Positions 46,103-57,655 of a stretch of 64,000 nucleotides of DNA are shown here, one piece after another (the first letter of the stretch is position 1; every line of letters begins with the position of its first letter). A program made the position numbers and the translations under genes. This DNA comes from Acinetobacter phage vB_AbaM_ME3. Below the pieces are notes generated by a model that ran no database searches, was not told where the DNA came from, and saw only the letters and a program-made list of their open reading frames with translations. Location: the sequence record KU935715.1, one strand, 5' to 3'.

Positions 46103-46495
46103 ATGGCTACATATACAAAAGACTTATTTGTTGATGGAGTTTATGGAGATTTTATCTTGAACGGAGATGTTAGGACTATTCAAGATTTATCTCTTATAAA
46201 ACATATAGCTAGTGAAAGAATTAAAACTAACTTTAATGACTTCAGATTGCTACCTAATATAGGTGCAGACATTGATAGGTTTATTGGTTTACCAATAGAT
46301 TCTAAGATGATAGCAGATATTAAATTAAGTATTATCGTTGCACTTACTTATGATAACTTTTTAGTTAAAAATGAAATTGAAGTGTTGCATTACAGGTTAG
46401 ACGAATACTCAATCTATTTTAGAACAGTACTAACAATCCAAAACAAAGAACTTATAATTGAAAATACATTTAAGAGTGAATTAGTACATGATTAA
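46103..46495 (+). CDS. baseplate wedge protein, gp25/GPW-like (130 aa)
   Basis: Size and the motif region ERIKTNFNDFRLLPNIGADIDRFIGLPID resemble the T4 gp25 / P2 W family. Followed by J-like and larger baseplate genes. Confidence 0.6.
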   Translation: MATYTKDLFVDGVYGDFILNGDVRTIQDLSLIKHIASERIKTNFNDFRLLPNIGADIDRFIGLPIDSKMIADIKLSIIVALTYDNFLVKNEIEVLHYRLDEYSIYFRTVLTIQNKELIIENTFKSELVHD

Positions 46496-47672
46496 TAAAG
46501 AATTAGAATTAACAGTCAATAATCAAAACATTTTAGATAAACTCGCTAGAAATTTAAATATTGGGATTGTTACAGATAACAGTAATATTAAGAAGATTGC
46601 TGATGCATTTGATGCAGAGTTAAGAAACTACAGTGATGCAGTAGAAAACTCTATTGCTAATGGATTCTTATCTACAATGGATGATGATTTATTTGAGTTG
46701 TTTGCTTCTGACTTTGGATTATATAGAAAAAGATATAATAGAATTAGATTAAGACCTATAGAACAAGTAGCAGTATTAACTGTAGAACAATCAATGATAT
46801 TCACTCAAAACTATACAAATTTTACACCATTTAGAAAAGGTGATGTGGTTTATAGTAATGATACTTTCTCTGTTGTAGCTTTATCTGATATCTATTTTTC
46901 TTCTACAATCGATAACGTATATCCTCATTTAGAGATTATACTTAAAGATACAACTTCTACATTTGTTATTAATGAAGGCACTGAGTTCAATGTAAGTACA
47001 CGTCAAGCTAATCTTAAAAGTAATGTACCTACTTATACTTTAAAATTTGAACAAATAGTCGGTATGTCTTTAGTAGAAGAAAATATTAATGACTTTAAGT
47101 TAAGAGTATATGAAGCTACTTATTTATCAGCTAACAATGCAAATAGTTTAGTGAATGCTGTCACTAAAGAAGTCCCTTATTTAGTTAGTATTGAGGTAGA
47201 TGATATATCTGAAGGAAGAGCTTTAAAAGTTATTTATCCTTATACTCAAAATCTAATTGATTTCGGAGTTGATACTTCTATTCAAAGCATTGTTATTCCT
47301 ATGATTGAGTCATCTATTAACCAAAAGGGCTTATATAAGAATATGGTCTCTGTAAAGGAAGCTGTCCCATTACGAATAGATGTAGAGATTAATACAGGAA
47401 CTCTTCAGATAGCTGACACTGTTCTTTATCAAACTACTCAAACTTTTAATAAAGCTTTTTATACTCAAAAGACAGTGAGTATTAATGAAATAAAAGAATT
47501 CATTATTCAAAATTTAAGTGGTTACAACTTAAACACTAATTCTATTAATATCTATTTTTCTTCTAGTTTATTCTCTGAAGATAAGATCTTAATCACTCCA
47601 ACTGAAAGTCTTGAAATACCTATTGGAAGATTCTTAAATATAAATACAATAACAGGAGTATCTAATGGATAA
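46488..47672 (+). CDS. baseplate protein, J/gp6-like by position (394 aa)
   Basis: Immediately follows the gp25-like gene, matching the P2/Mu-type order W-J-I. Overlapping start. Confidence 0.45.
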   Translation: MINKELELTVNNQNILDKLARNLNIGIVTDNSNIKKIADAFDAELRNYSDAVENSIANGFLSTMDDDLFELFASDFGLYRKRYNRIRLRPIEQVAVLTVEQSMIFTQNYTNFTPFRKGDVVYSNDTFSVVALSDIYFSSTIDNVYPHLEIILKDTTSTFVINEGTEFNVSTRQANLKSNVPTYTLKFEQIVGMSLVEENINDFKLRVYEATYLSANNANSLVNAVTKEVPYLVSIEVDDISEGRALKVIYPYTQNLIDFGVDTSIQSIVIPMIESSINQKGLYKNMVSVKEAVPLRIDVEINTGTLQIADTVLYQTTQTFNKAFYTQKTVSINEIKEFIIQNLSGYNLNTNSINIYFSSSLFSEDKILITPTESLEIPIGRFLNINTITGVSNG

Positions 47673-49767
47673 CAGTGTAGGATCAATTCTAACTATTAGT
47701 AATACATCTTTAAATGTAACTGAAGCTGATATAATTTATATATCAGCTTCTAAGAAATACGAGCATACAGTAACAATATCTAATAATGGAATAGATAGTA
47801 TTTATATATCATCGGTTGCTTATTTATCTAACTCGAATACAGGGCAGAAATATACTTTAAGTACTTCTCGTATATCAGCAACCACTTTTAAAATTATTAC
47901 AGAGCCTAGAACAACAGAGTTTGCAGACATAGATGAATTAGAGTTAGTAGTACTGTATGAAGACGTAGAATATAGAGCTAAATCTTATGTTTCCCCAGTA
48001 TATGTAAATTCTAATGCTCATGTAATTGAATTTAAAACAGGAACAGTACCTTTAAATCAATCTAACATGCTATACCCTAGAATTAAGATAGGATTCCCTA
48101 GATGGGGAACTATAGAGAAAAATACTATTTCAAATGGCACTAAACTCTTAGAACCTCTATTTACTCCTCTGTACGACTCTTATTTCAAAGTAATTGATTT
48201 TAATTTACATACTAAATTCAAAACTCCATACACTAGATTTAAGAGCTTTGAAACAGGTTATAGGCCTCATAGTGTTTTTCAATTCTCAGGAACTACTTAT
48301 AGAAGAATGTATGAGTGTTCTTCAACTCAATCCTTGCCGAAAAGGATTGACTTAAATTCAACAAACACTTCTTTAACAACTGCTAGATTATTTTTATTAG
48401 CTAATACTGATTATGACTATGATTTTTCATTTCTAATTAATACTAGAATTTATTGTAGAAAACTTAATAACTCTTTAGAACAAGATGTTCTAACAATAAA
48501 AGGATTAGATTTAAAAGGAGATAGACTAGAAGAAAGAGTTATAGTTGTGGAAGACTTTTACACATGTGCTGTAAATAAGTTTAGTAAAATTTTTACAATC
48601 ACTTGTAACAGTAGCGTAGTTGTTTCTAATTATGTAAATTGTGTATTTAATCATTTCATTGTTAAGGATATTAACACTCTCCCTCCTATTGTTGATTCTG
48701 ATTTGTTCGCTTTCTTCCCTCAGTGTATAAAATTCTCAAACAATGAAAAAACAAGAGACACTTTACATATCTTCAATAGTACTAACTACCTTACAGAACC
48801 TCAGTATAAGTTTGATTTAGAGCATACAGGAAGAATAACATCTATGTATGTAGATGAATTCTTGAAGATATACTGGACAGACTCCTCTAATAAACTATAT
48901 ACAAATTGTATTAATCATGATCTATCTAAAGACGTAGGAAAAAATCCTTCAAATAATAATAACAATATTATTGTAGTTTCAGATCAGAATACAGCTATAG
49001 GAGATTGGGTAGATGTTTCTGTAATGTTAACTGAGTGGGAAGCTAATACCTCAATGGTGCTGCAAGTTAAGAATGGACAAGAGACTCTATATTATGATCA
49101 AGATACAGAATCGTTTGTAGCAGGAATTAGATATTTTTATCCTCCTGAAAATTTAGATATCCTTGAAGTCTCTGCTAAAGTTTTAAATGACTCACCCTAT
49201 ATTTTTACAGTATTTGATGATACATTAGAAAAACAGTATACTGCTTCTACTCAAAGTCAATATTTAAAAAGCACACAAGAACCTATAGCAGTAACGGGGA
49301 CCTTAAGTGTAATAAATGATAAGTTGTCATTAACTGATAATCTAGTAAATACTATAAGCTATAGTTCTGTATCAGATAAAATATTACTTACATTAACATC
49401 AAAAGATTTCTCTATGCTTGACTGGGAATTAGATTTTCTTGGTATGAAGATATCTAAAACATTCACGTCCATGCCTGAGGATTACTACTCAATAATTTCT
49501 AATGGATCTAATGATAATCCTTTAATTATTGAAATAGATAGAATGGCTGTTATTTATGACTATAATTTAGATAGAGTTCCTATGACACTTAATTTTAAGT
49601 ATGATACAATGTATAATAGAGGAATTCTTAGTAACGTAGAATTACAGTTAGCAGATAAGTATGGTATTAGAGATAAAGATTTATCTATTGCAGCATCTGA
49701 TAGCTATATAACAATTCCAATGGATTTCACTAGAAACACAAAGGATATTAATTATGTTGCAGTCTAA
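47665..49767 (+). CDS. baseplate/tail-fibre attachment protein (700 aa)
   Basis: Overlapping start with a GGAG RBS. In the baseplate block. Confidence 0.55.
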   Translation: MDNSVGSILTISNTSLNVTEADIIYISASKKYEHTVTISNNGIDSIYISSVAYLSNSNTGQKYTLSTSRISATTFKIITEPRTTEFADIDELELVVLYEDVEYRAKSYVSPVYVNSNAHVIEFKTGTVPLNQSNMLYPRIKIGFPRWGTIEKNTISNGTKLLEPLFTPLYDSYFKVIDFNLHTKFKTPYTRFKSFETGYRPHSVFQFSGTTYRRMYECSSTQSLPKRIDLNSTNTSLTTARLFLLANTDYDYDFSFLINTRIYCRKLNNSLEQDVLTIKGLDLKGDRLEERVIVVEDFYTCAVNKFSKIFTITCNSSVVVSNYVNCVFNHFIVKDINTLPPIVDSDLFAFFPQCIKFSNNEKTRDTLHIFNSTNYLTEPQYKFDLEHTGRITSMYVDEFLKIYWTDSSNKLYTNCINHDLSKDVGKNPSNNNNNIIVVSDQNTAIGDWVDVSVMLTEWEANTSMVLQVKNGQETLYYDQDTESFVAGIRYFYPPENLDILEVSAKVLNDSPYIFTVFDDTLEKQYTASTQSQYLKSTQEPIAVTGTLSVINDKLSLTDNLVNTISYSSVSDKILLTLTSKDFSMLDWELDFLGMKISKTFTSMPEDYYSIISNGSNDNPLIIEIDRMAVIYDYNLDRVPMTLNFKYDTMYNRGILSNVELQLADKYGIRDKDLSIAASDSYITIPMDFTRNTKDINYVAV

Positions 49768-49939
49768 AACTACTCAAATATACTCAGAAATAAATACAAG
49801 CAACATTGGGTACCAGTATGATTCTAGAGATAAAGAAATATTCTTAGAAGAAGGATATAAATATTCTATTGTTACTACAATTAATGGTGTTCTTATAAGA
49901 ACTGACATAGATCTGACAGAGGTGAATAATGATAATTAA
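49754..49939 (+). CDS. small hypothetical protein (61 aa)
   Basis: Fits between overlapping neighbours. Weak support. Confidence 0.35.
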   Translation: MLQSKTTQIYSEINTSNIGYQYDSRDKEIFLEEGYKYSIVTTINGVLIRTDIDLTEVNNDN

Positions 49940-50555
49940 TAAATTGGGTTTATCAGAAGGAAAAGTAGATATTGATCCTGAAGTGGATGCCTTTAACTTT
50001 AGACCCTATGAATATTCAGATTCAGATGCTATACAAACATATGAAAAAACAGAAGTATGCAATGTGTCTATAAGTACATCATTTAAAATTCAAAATAGTG
50101 TAATGCAAATTGGAACAGAGTTTTATGATATTGGTGATAAAACTCTGCAAGATGTCTATAATATAGTTAATCTATATGGAACTATGAATTTCTTTACAGG
50201 CTATGAAAGCTTTAGAAACTTACCAGCACTTCTTCTAAATGATTGTAATAATATGGTATTCACAATAATTGATGGAGATGTTAGTCCTACGGATGTATCT
50301 CATCTTAACCAAAATAGAACGATGGTATCTTTAGTTGAAACTACTCCTAAAGTCACCGTGTATGACTATGAGAGTAATATTGAGAAAGACCACACTAAAG
50401 TAGGTAATAAGATTTTCTTTAATCCTTCCAATTCAACTAAAATCTATATTCAAAAGACAAGTACTAATTTCAATTTAACTATAGATATGAGTCCTAGACG
50501 TATAGCTAATGTAAATGTAGTCAGTACTTTATTAAACTATGGAGAAGTAATATAA
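49929..50555 (+). CDS. hypothetical baseplate/tail protein (208 aa)
   Basis: GAGGTG RBS; ATGA overlap. Confidence 0.55.
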   Translation: MIINKLGLSEGKVDIDPEVDAFNFRPYEYSDSDAIQTYEKTEVCNVSISTSFKIQNSVMQIGTEFYDIGDKTLQDVYNIVNLYGTMNFFTGYESFRNLPALLLNDCNNMVFTIIDGDVSPTDVSHLNQNRTMVSLVETTPKVTVYDYESNIEKDHTKVGNKIFFNPSNSTKIYIQKTSTNFNLTIDMSPRRIANVNVVSTLLNYGEVI

Positions 50556-51685
50556 TGAGTTTTGATATTAAAATTGGAACTAATAAACAATATACTGTTC
50601 CTATTGATATCGATAAAAATAAATCATCTATCGTAAACGAATCAGTATTTACGATAGATGATTCAGAAGGAATTTTAGAAGTGGCATCTCACTATGCATC
50701 TAAAGAGAATTCATTTTTATCTAATTTTATTTGTGCAGAACAAGTAGACAACAAATCTGTTAAAGATTCATCTGTTCCTACGACAGATAATTTTTATTAT
50801 CTAATAAAAGAAGGAGCTGATTATAAGTATAGTAAAAATAAACCTTACCAATATACTTACCTTCCTCAAGATACCTTTCTCTCTTTAATTTCAAAACCTT
50901 ATAATCCTACGACTTCATTATCAACATTACTCATTAAAGCTTCTAGAGGTACTGTATTCTCAACAGGAAAAACACCTACGGCTTGGATGGTATATAGTTT
51001 TCCATATGGTGGCATATCTAAGGCTAGTCTCAGGTTTTTATACACAACTAACACTAATGTTTTAAAAGAGTTAGTTATTGATGATACAACAGTTAAATTA
51101 GATACATTAGAAGGTAATATCTATATCAATCAAAGCTACCATGATAAGATTGAACAAGTATTTGGGTTATTTGATATCGAACCCATTAAAATCTTTAAGG
51201 CTCCTATCCTAACTCCAAAAGGAGAAACAGTAAATATCTACGGTTCTTTAAAACAAAAGAATTCTTTTGGAGATGTTACTATCAATGAACTTACAGATGA
51301 TATGAAAATTATTACATTTTCATATAATTGTTTTGTTCTAGCTACAGACCCTTATTTTATTTCTATTGATGGTATTAACTTACTAGGACCTAGATTTATA
51401 CCTAAGAATACACCTATATTAGTTCAACAGAAATTTAATATAGAAAAAGAGAGTTTTGAAGAAATATACTACAATATGTATACAGGTCTTGACTCGTATG
51501 AAAACGAATTATCTACTACATTTATTAAACATGACTATGGTTCTACGTTAGAATACTTTTCTTCCATATCGGTAGCATCAGGATTATTTATCTACAAAGA
51601 AAATAGCCAAGGTAGTTATGACACATTAAATACAACTTATTTACCTCTATTTAATCCACAAGATATAATTAAGGAACCTTTATAA
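50555..51685 (+). CDS. hypothetical tail protein (376 aa)
   Basis: GGAGAAG RBS. Confidence 0.6.
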   Translation: MSFDIKIGTNKQYTVPIDIDKNKSSIVNESVFTIDDSEGILEVASHYASKENSFLSNFICAEQVDNKSVKDSSVPTTDNFYYLIKEGADYKYSKNKPYQYTYLPQDTFLSLISKPYNPTTSLSTLLIKASRGTVFSTGKTPTAWMVYSFPYGGISKASLRFLYTTNTNVLKELVIDDTTVKLDTLEGNIYINQSYHDKIEQVFGLFDIEPIKIFKAPILTPKGETVNIYGSLKQKNSFGDVTINELTDDMKIITFSYNCFVLATDPYFISIDGINLLGPRFIPKNTPILVQQKFNIEKESFEEIYYNMYTGLDSYENELSTTFIKHDYGSTLEYFSSISVASGLFIYKENSQGSYDTLNTTYLPLFNPQDIIKEPL

Positions 51686-51686
51686 A

Positions 51687-54600
51687 ATGACCGATCAATA
51701 TTTTAAACATACCCCTCAAGCTTTGAGTGATCAGAATCAAGTTGAGAACTTGGCTATCGAAGTTGAGGAAGCTTTTCTAAAAGTAGAAAAGGACTTATGG
51801 TCTAACACAGTTAATGCTGCATCATTAGGAAGTTCCATTGGTGACTTAGATACTTATTATTTAAAAGAATATCTTCCAAATAATGGAATTATATCTAATT
51901 ATACTCAAAAACTTTATTTTCCTCTTCACTCTAAAGAAGCCTCTTTAGATCTTATTCCTGATACTGCCACTTCTTCACTTAATACGGTGTCCATTAGTAA
52001 CATGTTAATGCCATCGCAAGTGTATACATATAAACATAATGGTTTACTAGAGACTGAATATGACTTTACTTTTGTTAATAGAAAAGTTGTTTTAGGTGCA
52101 GCTCCTTCAGATGCTAGAACACTCACAATCAGTTATAATGGGTATGAGCCTGTTGATTCTAGAGATGTTGGTCTTGATCTTAGATATAATGTACTACAAA
52201 CAGTTGTAAATGGTTCTGTAGTTAAAGAGTTTTCAAACGTAAAAACTGGAAATATCTATAGAATAGATGGCTATGATTTCAAAAATATGTGTTCTAAAGA
52301 CATTATAGATATTATCAACAATGCTCCATATAATCTAGATAAATTTGTATCTATTACAGATGTCAATAGTGACATATCCTATTCTATAAGTAACATTACT
52401 ATTACAAACTCATATATCTCTTTTGAGTCTGATGATGTTATTCCAGAGAATGTGAAGATATACGTAGCCAATAGTAATCTAGGAAAATTAGTTGAAGGTA
52501 TTTATAGACTATTCTACTCACACAATCATGGCTCTGATGGGGGTAAACTTGTATCACATTCAGACTTAGTTGGTCTGTTCAATAATAATAGTGATATCAA
52601 ATACTCTGTCACTAACAAAGAAAACTACGATCACCCTCAATATATAAACCGAGAAGGCTATATTGAAGATCCTTCTGTTTACAATAATGCTTTGTTAGGT
52701 GATTTATTAGTAGCTTCTTCAGATCCTTCTAATTTTTACAATAACCTTAGTAAAGACAGTTTTAAATTAGTCTTTGGTGAATATGCTTCTGGACACAGAA
52801 TGGGATATTCAAAGAATACAGATTCGTTAGTTATTGATTCCCTTTCTAGAGATGGTGTAAAGCTTGTTTCACCTAAGAATAAAAATATTTTCTCCTTAAA
52901 CGAACATAACTTTACTGATTTAAGTGATGGTATTTATTCAGGAGTTCGTTTATCTATTGTTCCAACTGATGTAGGTTCAACAGGAGAAGTAGCTGTATTT
53001 AGTATTAAAAAGGCTGAGATTGATGATATTGGAGCAGTAACCCATACAGATACAGCTGAACTCCATGTATACTCAAGCACATTCTCTATTACTAAAGTTA
53101 AAGACTCCTTAAATATTTTAGATTCGGCAGTTATTAATTTTGGTACTAATCCTAAAGTTAGGATTAAAAGTGAAGCTACTGGAATTAAAGTAGAAGATTT
53201 AACACAAAATAAGAATCAACAATTTTATGTTAATCTCCCTTTAATTACTTCTCAGATCACAGCTGATCATATTGATGCTAAAGAAATTCATATAACTGAT
53301 ACTCAAACATTAGTATTAGGTAATAAAAACCACACAGAGGATTTAGATAAGCAAACACTCTCTTTTAATACTACAACTAATCAAACGGTATTAAATATTA
53401 ATAAGCCTTTACTATTCAAGCGTAATGGGTACGAGTCAGGTATTGCTTTTGGTCCATCTTCTAGAATATTTGCTTCCACAAGTCAAGGATTAAATACTGC
53501 TATTGAATCTGAAAAATTAGATACATATATCCAGAATAATGGTGATGTGTATTTCATTGATAGTGGTTTTACTTATCAAACTGGTTCTACAAATTTACAA
53601 GCTGTAGGTAGAAGTAAAATTCATACTAATGAAGTAACTGCTAACAATTTCTCTGTTAACTATAATGAATCTACTATAAGAGCATTTAAACTTAATGGAG
53701 ATACACATAAGATCTTTGCTCAAAGAGATCCTCAAGGAAACACATCTGTACTCCTTCAAAGCTTAGGCGGTGTTAATGTAGTTAGTGGCTATTCAATCTC
53801 TGGATCTGACGTAACACTAAGTTATGGTGCTGTAAGAGCTTCTGAATTTAGAGTTGAAGGTAATGCTGCTGGGGCGGGTTTCTATGGAAATGTAATTATT
53901 CCAGCTGGAGATACATTAACTGTAAATGGTAATGCTATCATTAATACAGCTCTAGAGTTAAATACTAACTTAACAGTAAGAGGTGTTTCTAACTTAAATA
54001 TTCTAGAAACTAACAGTGTTGATGCTAAGACTCTTTCAGCTGAGACATCCGTAACAACACCTTTGATTACAGCTCCTCTAGGTTTTGAATCTAAGTTATA
54101 CATTGGTTCAGATACTATATTTAATAACAGTGCTACATTTAAACAAGTTTGTAACTTTACATCCAACTGTGTGTTTGATACAACTATTAGTGCTAATACT
54201 GTCAATGCTGTTAACTTAAATGTAACTTCAGCAGTAACTTTTCCACAAGTAACAGCTTCAGGAGTAACAGTTACTAATAATCTTGAATTTAAGAGAATGC
54301 TTCAAACAGATAATACAATTACTTCTGAATTCGCAGGACCTCTTCAATTAAAAGCTGGGTTAATAGTAGATAGAAATTATACGATTCGTTTAGGTAGTGC
54401 AGATATCTTAACCACCAGAAATACAGCTGGTTTGCTATTAACAGAAAATGCAGTTAAATTAGGTAATAACTCTACTGTCAAAGCAACTAAGATGTTTGCT
54501 AATAAAGGTATTCCTACTGGTGGTAATTCAGATATTATTGGTGGTTATGCTTTTGAGACTAACTTAGGAAATACTGATGGTGACACAGGTTTATTCTGTA

Positions 54601-55229
54601 CTGATAAAGGGACTTCTTCCCTTGCAGATGATTTAGTTTTCTATATTGATGGTGTTAAGAGAGGAGAAATCTCTTCGACTCCTCTAGATGTAACTGGATC
54701 TATTGAAGGAAGAGAAAAGACTTTAGTAACAGCTGAAATGATTAAGAATCAAATGGATACTTTATTAGGTACTGTACTTAGTATGGTGTATCCAGTTGGA
54801 TCTATTTATGTTAATGGTTCAGATAATAGAAATCCTAGAGAAGTATTAAACTGGCCTACAAGTGTTTGGGCTAGATTTGCAGTAGGTATGACCCTAGTTG
54901 GTGCAGAAGGCTCATCTGCAAGTGAGAAAATGGCTGCTATGTGGAACAAACCTACAGATGTACCATTAAGCATTGAAGAAGAATTTGGTGAATTTAGGCA
55001 TCAATTAACTGAGCCAGAGTTACCATCTATTGATGCAAGACTAAAATTAACTACTTGGGTACATGGAGATGATGCGTCAGGCTCTGGAGCTATCTTAACA
55101 GCTAATAGAAACTGGGAGAGTGGTACACAATATCCTCAAGGAGCTTCTGTAGCTATTAATGGAGAAGATAAACCTCATAATAACGTTCAACCTTCTAAAG
55201 TAGTAGCAATGTGGAGAAGAATTGGGTGA
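51687..55229 (+). CDS. tail fibre protein with a C-terminal phage tail-collar (T4 gp12-C-like) receptor-binding domain (1180 aa)
   Basis: Long Ser/Thr/Asn/Val-rich beta-type body. C-terminus PVGSIYVNG...HGDDASGSG...NVQPSKVVAMWRRIG matches the collar-domain pattern. Confidence 0.65.
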   Translation: MTDQYFKHTPQALSDQNQVENLAIEVEEAFLKVEKDLWSNTVNAASLGSSIGDLDTYYLKEYLPNNGIISNYTQKLYFPLHSKEASLDLIPDTATSSLNTVSISNMLMPSQVYTYKHNGLLETEYDFTFVNRKVVLGAAPSDARTLTISYNGYEPVDSRDVGLDLRYNVLQTVVNGSVVKEFSNVKTGNIYRIDGYDFKNMCSKDIIDIINNAPYNLDKFVSITDVNSDISYSISNITITNSYISFESDDVIPENVKIYVANSNLGKLVEGIYRLFYSHNHGSDGGKLVSHSDLVGLFNNNSDIKYSVTNKENYDHPQYINREGYIEDPSVYNNALLGDLLVASSDPSNFYNNLSKDSFKLVFGEYASGHRMGYSKNTDSLVIDSLSRDGVKLVSPKNKNIFSLNEHNFTDLSDGIYSGVRLSIVPTDVGSTGEVAVFSIKKAEIDDIGAVTHTDTAELHVYSSTFSITKVKDSLNILDSAVINFGTNPKVRIKSEATGIKVEDLTQNKNQQFYVNLPLITSQITADHIDAKEIHITDTQTLVLGNKNHTEDLDKQTLSFNTTTNQTVLNINKPLLFKRNGYESGIAFGPSSRIFASTSQGLNTAIESEKLDTYIQNNGDVYFIDSGFTYQTGSTNLQAVGRSKIHTNEVTANNFSVNYNESTIRAFKLNGDTHKIFAQRDPQGNTSVLLQSLGGVNVVSGYSISGSDVTLSYGAVRASEFRVEGNAAGAGFYGNVIIPAGDTLTVNGNAIINTALELNTNLTVRGVSNLNILETNSVDAKTLSAETSVTTPLITAPLGFESKLYIGSDTIFNNSATFKQVCNFTSNCVFDTTISANTVNAVNLNVTSAVTFPQVTASGVTVTNNLEFKRMLQTDNTITSEFAGPLQLKAGLIVDRNYTIRLGSADILTTRNTAGLLLTENAVKLGNNSTVKATKMFANKGIPTGGNSDIIGGYAFETNLGNTDGDTGLFCTDKGTSSLADDLVFYIDGVKRGEISSTPLDVTGSIEGREKTLVTAEMIKNQMDTLLGTVLSMVYPVGSIYVNGSDNRNPREVLNWPTSVWARFAVGMTLVGAEGSSASEKMAAMWNKPTDVPLSIEEEFGEFRHQLTEPELPSIDARLKLTTWVHGDDASGSGAILTANRNWESGTQYPQGASVAINGEDKPHNNVQPSKVVAMWRRIG

Positions 55230-56419
55230 GTATAATTTTTACTAAAACTTACTCAGGATCAATTAAACGAGAGATTTCGGAAGGGCAATTTAGCCCTTCC
55301 CCTCTTCCTGAGTATTATGTCGAACAAGAGAAAACTAAAAGTATTAGAACTAACAATATTGAAGCTTTGTTTCCTAGTAAAATATTTAATGTTGTATCAA
55401 AACAGAAGAGTGTAGAAATCACTTCTAATACATTAAATATAGAAATTACAGATGTAATAATAGATGGAGTTCCTTATACTAAAAAGCTTAATACAATTCC
55501 ATCAGACTTAACTAAAGTCAAAGAAGATTTTAAAGTCCTAAACGGTATATGCTATATAAATACTAGCAAAACTTACATTCAAGTAAATTCTGATATGTAT
55601 GTAGTAGAACCTGTTATAGGATTATCCTCTTTTAATAGAACCTCTAATGTAGCGATTAAAAGATTAAAGGACTGTTTTAAAATTACAATCAAAACAAATA
55701 ACCCAACAAATATTCATATTAAATTGAATGCCCCTTCTATTTTTTCTCCATCTTTAATTAATAATTGGTTGATATACCATGATTGTATTTATAGAATTAG
55801 TAAACCAACCTATTCATATCTCTCCTCTCATACTTTTGAGTATTACGATAAAGAAGAAATTCATGAACTCTCTAATAACATAGTTTTAAGAGATATTCCT
55901 GTAGGCCCTATCACAACAGAGACTGTAGACCGTTTTATTAAAGTCAGCTATAAAACATACAGAACTAATCTTATGATAAATACATCATTGAGTGAAAACT
56001 TATTTATAGCTGTAGAGGAAGAAGGGAATTCATCACTTGAAGTAAGAACTCAACTTTCATTACTTACTAAATATTTTATAAATTCTGTTCATACAAATAA
56101 AACAGAATTTATAAAGATTCAAGAAAATCCTTACAAAGCAAGTAAAGCTTATGAAGGAAGAGGGGAGTCAATACTATTTGTATGGGACTTAGAATCAAAA
56201 TATACTAGAAGTCATAATGTTCCTATTGGTTGTGAAAGAGTATTATTAAGCTTAAACAAAATCTTTAAAAAAGAGAAAAAAACTATAGTAACTTCATCTT
56301 ACCCTATATATGATTCAGTGTCTTTACAAACAAGTGATACATACACTACCATTCCATATAATGGTTCAAATTTAAATCAATTAAATAAACTACTTGTAGT
56401 AGTTAATAGCTTAGTGTAA
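55211..56419 (+). CDS. hypothetical tail-fibre-associated protein (402 aa)
   Basis: GTG start overlapping the upstream gene; the true start is uncertain. Confidence 0.5.
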   Translation: MEKNWVSIIFTKTYSGSIKREISEGQFSPSPLPEYYVEQEKTKSIRTNNIEALFPSKIFNVVSKQKSVEITSNTLNIEITDVIIDGVPYTKKLNTIPSDLTKVKEDFKVLNGICYINTSKTYIQVNSDMYVVEPVIGLSSFNRTSNVAIKRLKDCFKITIKTNNPTNIHIKLNAPSIFSPSLINNWLIYHDCIYRISKPTYSYLSSHTFEYYDKEEIHELSNNIVLRDIPVGPITTETVDRFIKVSYKTYRTNLMINTSLSENLFIAVEEEGNSSLEVRTQLSLLTKYFINSVHTNKTEFIKIQENPYKASKAYEGRGESILFVWDLESKYTRSHNVPIGCERVLLSLNKIFKKEKKTIVTSSYPIYDSVSLQTSDTYTTIPYNGSNLNQLNKLLVVVNSLV

Positions 56420-56428
56420 GGATTTGAC

Positions 56429-57655
56429 ATGAGTACAATTTCAAATTATTTGAAAGACTTCCAAGATATGTATGTGGATGTAACTCCAAATCTCAGTGGA
56501 TTGTCTACTAATTTAACTAAACTAGAATTAAAAGATCTTGAGAATTATCTGAATAAACTTTCTGACACTCTTGCAGAATTGAATAATCTCACTAGTAATA
56601 CATCAGAAGAACTAGATAAACATTATAAAGAACTTTATAGAGTCTTTGACGAAAAGTTAGATTATATTGGGGATATGGCTGATGTTTATAACTACATTAA
56701 TAGTTACTTTGATATGAAAGTTGTTAGAGATATTTCTATATTCAACCTTTCCACTAAGACTTCAGATACATGTATTTACGATCAAAATTCTAAAGGAGTT
56801 ACATTAAAAAGTGTTAATAGTTTATTTAGATGTTCTAAAACGATTACAGATAACATAATTACATTCTATAATACAAATACTGCATCACACAGTGGTATTC
56901 ATCTCTCTTCTCCTTTTTTAGACCTACTAGATGTAACTCAAATCACAATAAGGAAAGCAGATGGTACAGTATTAGAACTAGAAGTATCAAAAACAGACAA
57001 CAAAGAATACTACATTCATCATGAAGATTTAGTATCTTCTCAAATTGTAATTCAATTTACTCCCCTCTCATCAAACCAAACTCTACTTAGCTACTTACAA
57101 ACTGTAAATTTAAATTTAATTGAATACTCTTATGGTGTAGAAGGCTATCTACCTCTTTCTAATACTGAATTAGCTGCTAGTGATCTTCTATCAATTGTGG
57201 TAGACTCTATTATACCAACTAATACTTATGCTAATGTGACTTTAGGATTAGAACTATTAGATGTTAATGGGAATGTAATCGATACAGTTGATACTTCAAT
57301 TCCAATCAACTCGAATATGATTTGTAAGAGACTAGATAGAATTAATTATAATGAAGTTGGTTCTTTTGAGTATTTAATTATTAAAGGAAAGAAGACTAAA
57401 AATAAGATTAGTGAGGAATACCTTAAATCTTTAGAATTTCAAAATGAAAAGTATGTGGTTTACATCCCTAAAGATCTATATGAAAACAAAGTAAATAAAT
57501 ACCTAACAAAATTAGGAAACAATTCATTCAGAGTTAACACTAAAGTAGTAGATAAACTTAGATTTAGTCCTACTATAGAGCTATTTTCATTTGGATTGAA
57601 TAACAGTCCAATAATTAAAAATGTAGTAGGAGTGACAAAGAATGAGACAATATGA
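56429..57655 (+). CDS. hypothetical tail protein (408 aa)
   Basis: AAGGA RBS. Confidence 0.6.
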   Translation: MSTISNYLKDFQDMYVDVTPNLSGLSTNLTKLELKDLENYLNKLSDTLAELNNLTSNTSEELDKHYKELYRVFDEKLDYIGDMADVYNYINSYFDMKVVRDISIFNLSTKTSDTCIYDQNSKGVTLKSVNSLFRCSKTITDNIITFYNTNTASHSGIHLSSPFLDLLDVTQITIRKADGTVLELEVSKTDNKEYYIHHEDLVSSQIVIQFTPLSSNQTLLSYLQTVNLNLIEYSYGVEGYLPLSNTELAASDLLSIVVDSIIPTNTYANVTLGLELLDVNGNVIDTVDTSIPINSNMICKRLDRINYNEVGSFEYLIIKGKKTKNKISEEYLKSLEFQNEKYVVYIPKDLYENKVNKYLTKLGNNSFRVNTKVVDKLRFSPTIELFSFGLNNSPIIKNVVGVTKNETI

